A DNA stretch of 64,000 bases, taken from a virus. Its lineage: Duplodnaviria > Heunggongvirae > Uroviricota > Caudoviricetes. The position numbers were made by a program, and so were the translations under genes. This document shows, piece by piece, positions 62,378 to 64,000 of the stretch; position 1 is the stretch's first letter, and the number at the start of each line of letters is the position of its first letter. The notes below the pieces were generated by a model. That model searched no databases, had not been told where the DNA came from, and saw only the letters and a program-made list of their open reading frames with translations. The DNA is taken from the IMG/VR virus record IMGVR_UViG_2778261375_000003, one strand, 5' to 3'.

Positions 62378-63027
62378 CAATTGACTATCAGGTACTGCGT
62401 GAGGCGGCAGAAAAGGCAACACCAGACGAATGGGTCGCATTTATTTCGACGGATACTGGTACTTATGCGGTGCACACGCCCGGTGATGAACGATGTGAAG
62501 ACGTTATCAAATGGACCGGCTTTGATGGACAGAAAAATGCAGAGAACAACGCTCGTCATGTTGCCGCGTTCAACCCAAAGGTTGCACTGGAGCTGCTTGG
62601 TGAAATTAAGTGCTTGGAGGACACAAATATTGATGCCACGTGCCGAATTTCAGAGCTTGAGACTAATCTCGCTGCGCTGGTGGCAGAGAACGCTGGGCTG
62701 AAACACGCAATGGCCGTAACTCTTGAGCATGTGTCGGTCACGGATGCAGGGCAGGCCGGAGTTGCTGCAATGATTATCAACGATGCCCTGCACCACAGCG
62801 AAACTCCAGCTACCGATGCTTTCCTGTCTGAAGTGCGGGCGCAGGGGGTGGATGCTGCTATAGAAGCTGCAAAAAATCTGGTGGCCCAAGAATATGAGTA
62901 TAAGGATTTCAAAGCGGCGCAGAGTGATTGCTGTATGCACCCTGGTTCAGACCTGGTAGGGAAGGTTGAAATGACTGAGTGGTTAGTTGACTTTGCTGCC
63001 CAGCTTCGCAAAGGAGGCAACCAGTGA
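62374..63027 (+). CDS. hypothetical protein (N-terminal YQVLREAAEKA family), ends in AAQLRKGGNQ
   Basis: Start taken at ATG 62374; N-terminus paralogous to the next gene; C-terminus paralogous to 61497-61736. Confidence 0.4.
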   Translation: MTIDYQVLREAAEKATPDEWVAFISTDTGTYAVHTPGDERCEDVIKWTGFDGQKNAENNARHVAAFNPKVALELLGEIKCLEDTNIDATCRISELETNLAALVAENAGLKHAMAVTLEHVSVTDAGQAGVAAMIINDALHHSETPATDAFLSEVRAQGVDAAIEAAKNLVAQEYEYKDFKAAQSDCCMHPGSDLVGKVEMTEWLVDFAAQLRKGGNQ

Positions 63028-63776
63028 GCGAAATTAATTACCAGGCACTGCGTGAGGCGGCGGAACGTGCAATTCCAGCAATGGAACGCCTGTTAATGTT
63101 GCCAGCTGATGATGATTTGTTAAGTGAACAGGAACTTAAAGATTACGGTGTGGATATTGATGCGCTCAACGCCTTCAAATTTCTGACCGGACCAGAAACC
63201 GTGCTGGCGCTGCTGGATGAACGGGAAAGAAACCAGCAATACATAAAACGCCGCGATCAGGAGAACGAGGATATTGCGCTAACGGTAGGGAAGCTGAGAG
63301 TTGAGCTTGAGGAAGTAAAACAACACGCTGAAGAATTATCCGAAACCAAGGCTGTTCGTAACCAATGGCGGCCAGATATTTGCCCAATAACCGGACGTGC
63401 ATTTTTCATGTGGATTGAGCATCCAACATTGGGAAATGTGCCGACATATGGTGGCCCATTAGATAGTTACACCATTCCAACAAAGGACGGTGACGGTGAG
63501 TTTTCATGTGAGCGTTACGATCATGATTTTGGCGGTTGGGTAGAAAGCGAATGTCTTGGGTTATATCTGATTGATGATAGAGAACAATGCAGGGTCTACG
63601 AACTGGAGGAACGCGTTAAGGAACTGGATGCTCGGGAAATATCGCTCCCGGAACGTAGCAGCATGCTTCATCGAACAGATTTTCACGATGATTACCAAAC
63701 GGTAATGGCATACAAAGTTTCTGAAGTCATCGCTGCAATCCGCGCCGCAGGCATTCGCATCAAAGGAGGTGAGTAA
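63024..63776 (+). CDS. hypothetical protein (N-terminal YQALREAAERA family)
   Basis: GTG start inside the second copy of the conserved junction; N-terminal paralogy with the upstream gene. Confidence 0.4.
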   Translation: MSEINYQALREAAERAIPAMERLLMLPADDDLLSEQELKDYGVDIDALNAFKFLTGPETVLALLDERERNQQYIKRRDQENEDIALTVGKLRVELEEVKQHAEELSETKAVRNQWRPDICPITGRAFFMWIEHPTLGNVPTYGGPLDSYTIPTKDGDGEFSCERYDHDFGGWVESECLGLYLIDDREQCRVYELEERVKELDAREISLPERSSMLHRTDFHDDYQTVMAYKVSEVIAAIRAAGIRIKGGE

Positions 63777-63777
63777 T

Positions 63778-63954
63778 GCGTGTGGCATGTATCGGCTTGT
63801 TACCGTACCCGACTCGTTTTTGGGCTTCTGCGCTAATTGCAAAGCCGTATGTCCTGATGGCTGACAACATCATCCCGGCACCAAAGCGCCGCCATACCGG
63901 TATTGCAGCGGCACGACGAGCAGCAAAGAGACGCAGGAGAGCAAAGCGATGAAA
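63778..63954 (+). CDS. small basic protein (58 aa)
   Basis: ATG with strong AAAGGAGGTGAG ribosome-binding site; Arg/Lys-rich C-terminus; below the ORF-track cut-off. Confidence 0.3.
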
Positions 63955-64000
63955 AACCGTAAGGCAAAACGACTTTTTTTACAGCGACCTGTGCGTGTGG

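Overview
The window reads as a P1-like phage-plasmid backbone joined to a second, Mu/P2-like contractile-tail baseplate module. Coordinates 1-9430 (+ strand) hold a tightly translationally coupled baseplate operon: tail protein, hub-like, spike V, W, J, I, short tail fibre, fibre chaperone. It converges on, and overlaps by 29 bp, a minus-strand P1-like tail module (9402-21951) with its own chaperone, long tail fibre, wedge genes and a 1231-aa tape-measure/injection protein carrying a lytic transglycosylase motif. From 22.2 kb the order follows what I recall of P1: C1-type operator, icd-ant, kilA, repL, structural genes, parS-parB-parA, iteron-flanked repA with a GATC/DnaA-box origin, RdgC-like gene, fused C5/N6 methyltransferase, tRNA-Asn/Thr/Ile2 and a DnaB-like helicase. 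At least eight copies of the ATTGCTCTAATAAATTT operator motif are scattered through it. Three things do not fit that backbone and are my best candidates for an undescribed system: (1) a promoter-to-terminator two-gene cassette plus a secreted protein inserted between hub and spike genes (3347-5056), whose second protein carries an R-x6-H HEPN-like motif; (2) an AT-rich three-gene island after repL (25666-27547) with a DUF3800-like protein coupled to a small partner; (3) a GIY-YIG/T5orf172-like gene with its own terminator inserted between parA and the repA iterons (35445-36300). No rRNA, CRISPR array, integrase, transposase or lysis enzyme was recognised. All homology statements are from motif recognition by eye and memory, not database searches, and many start codons are approximate.
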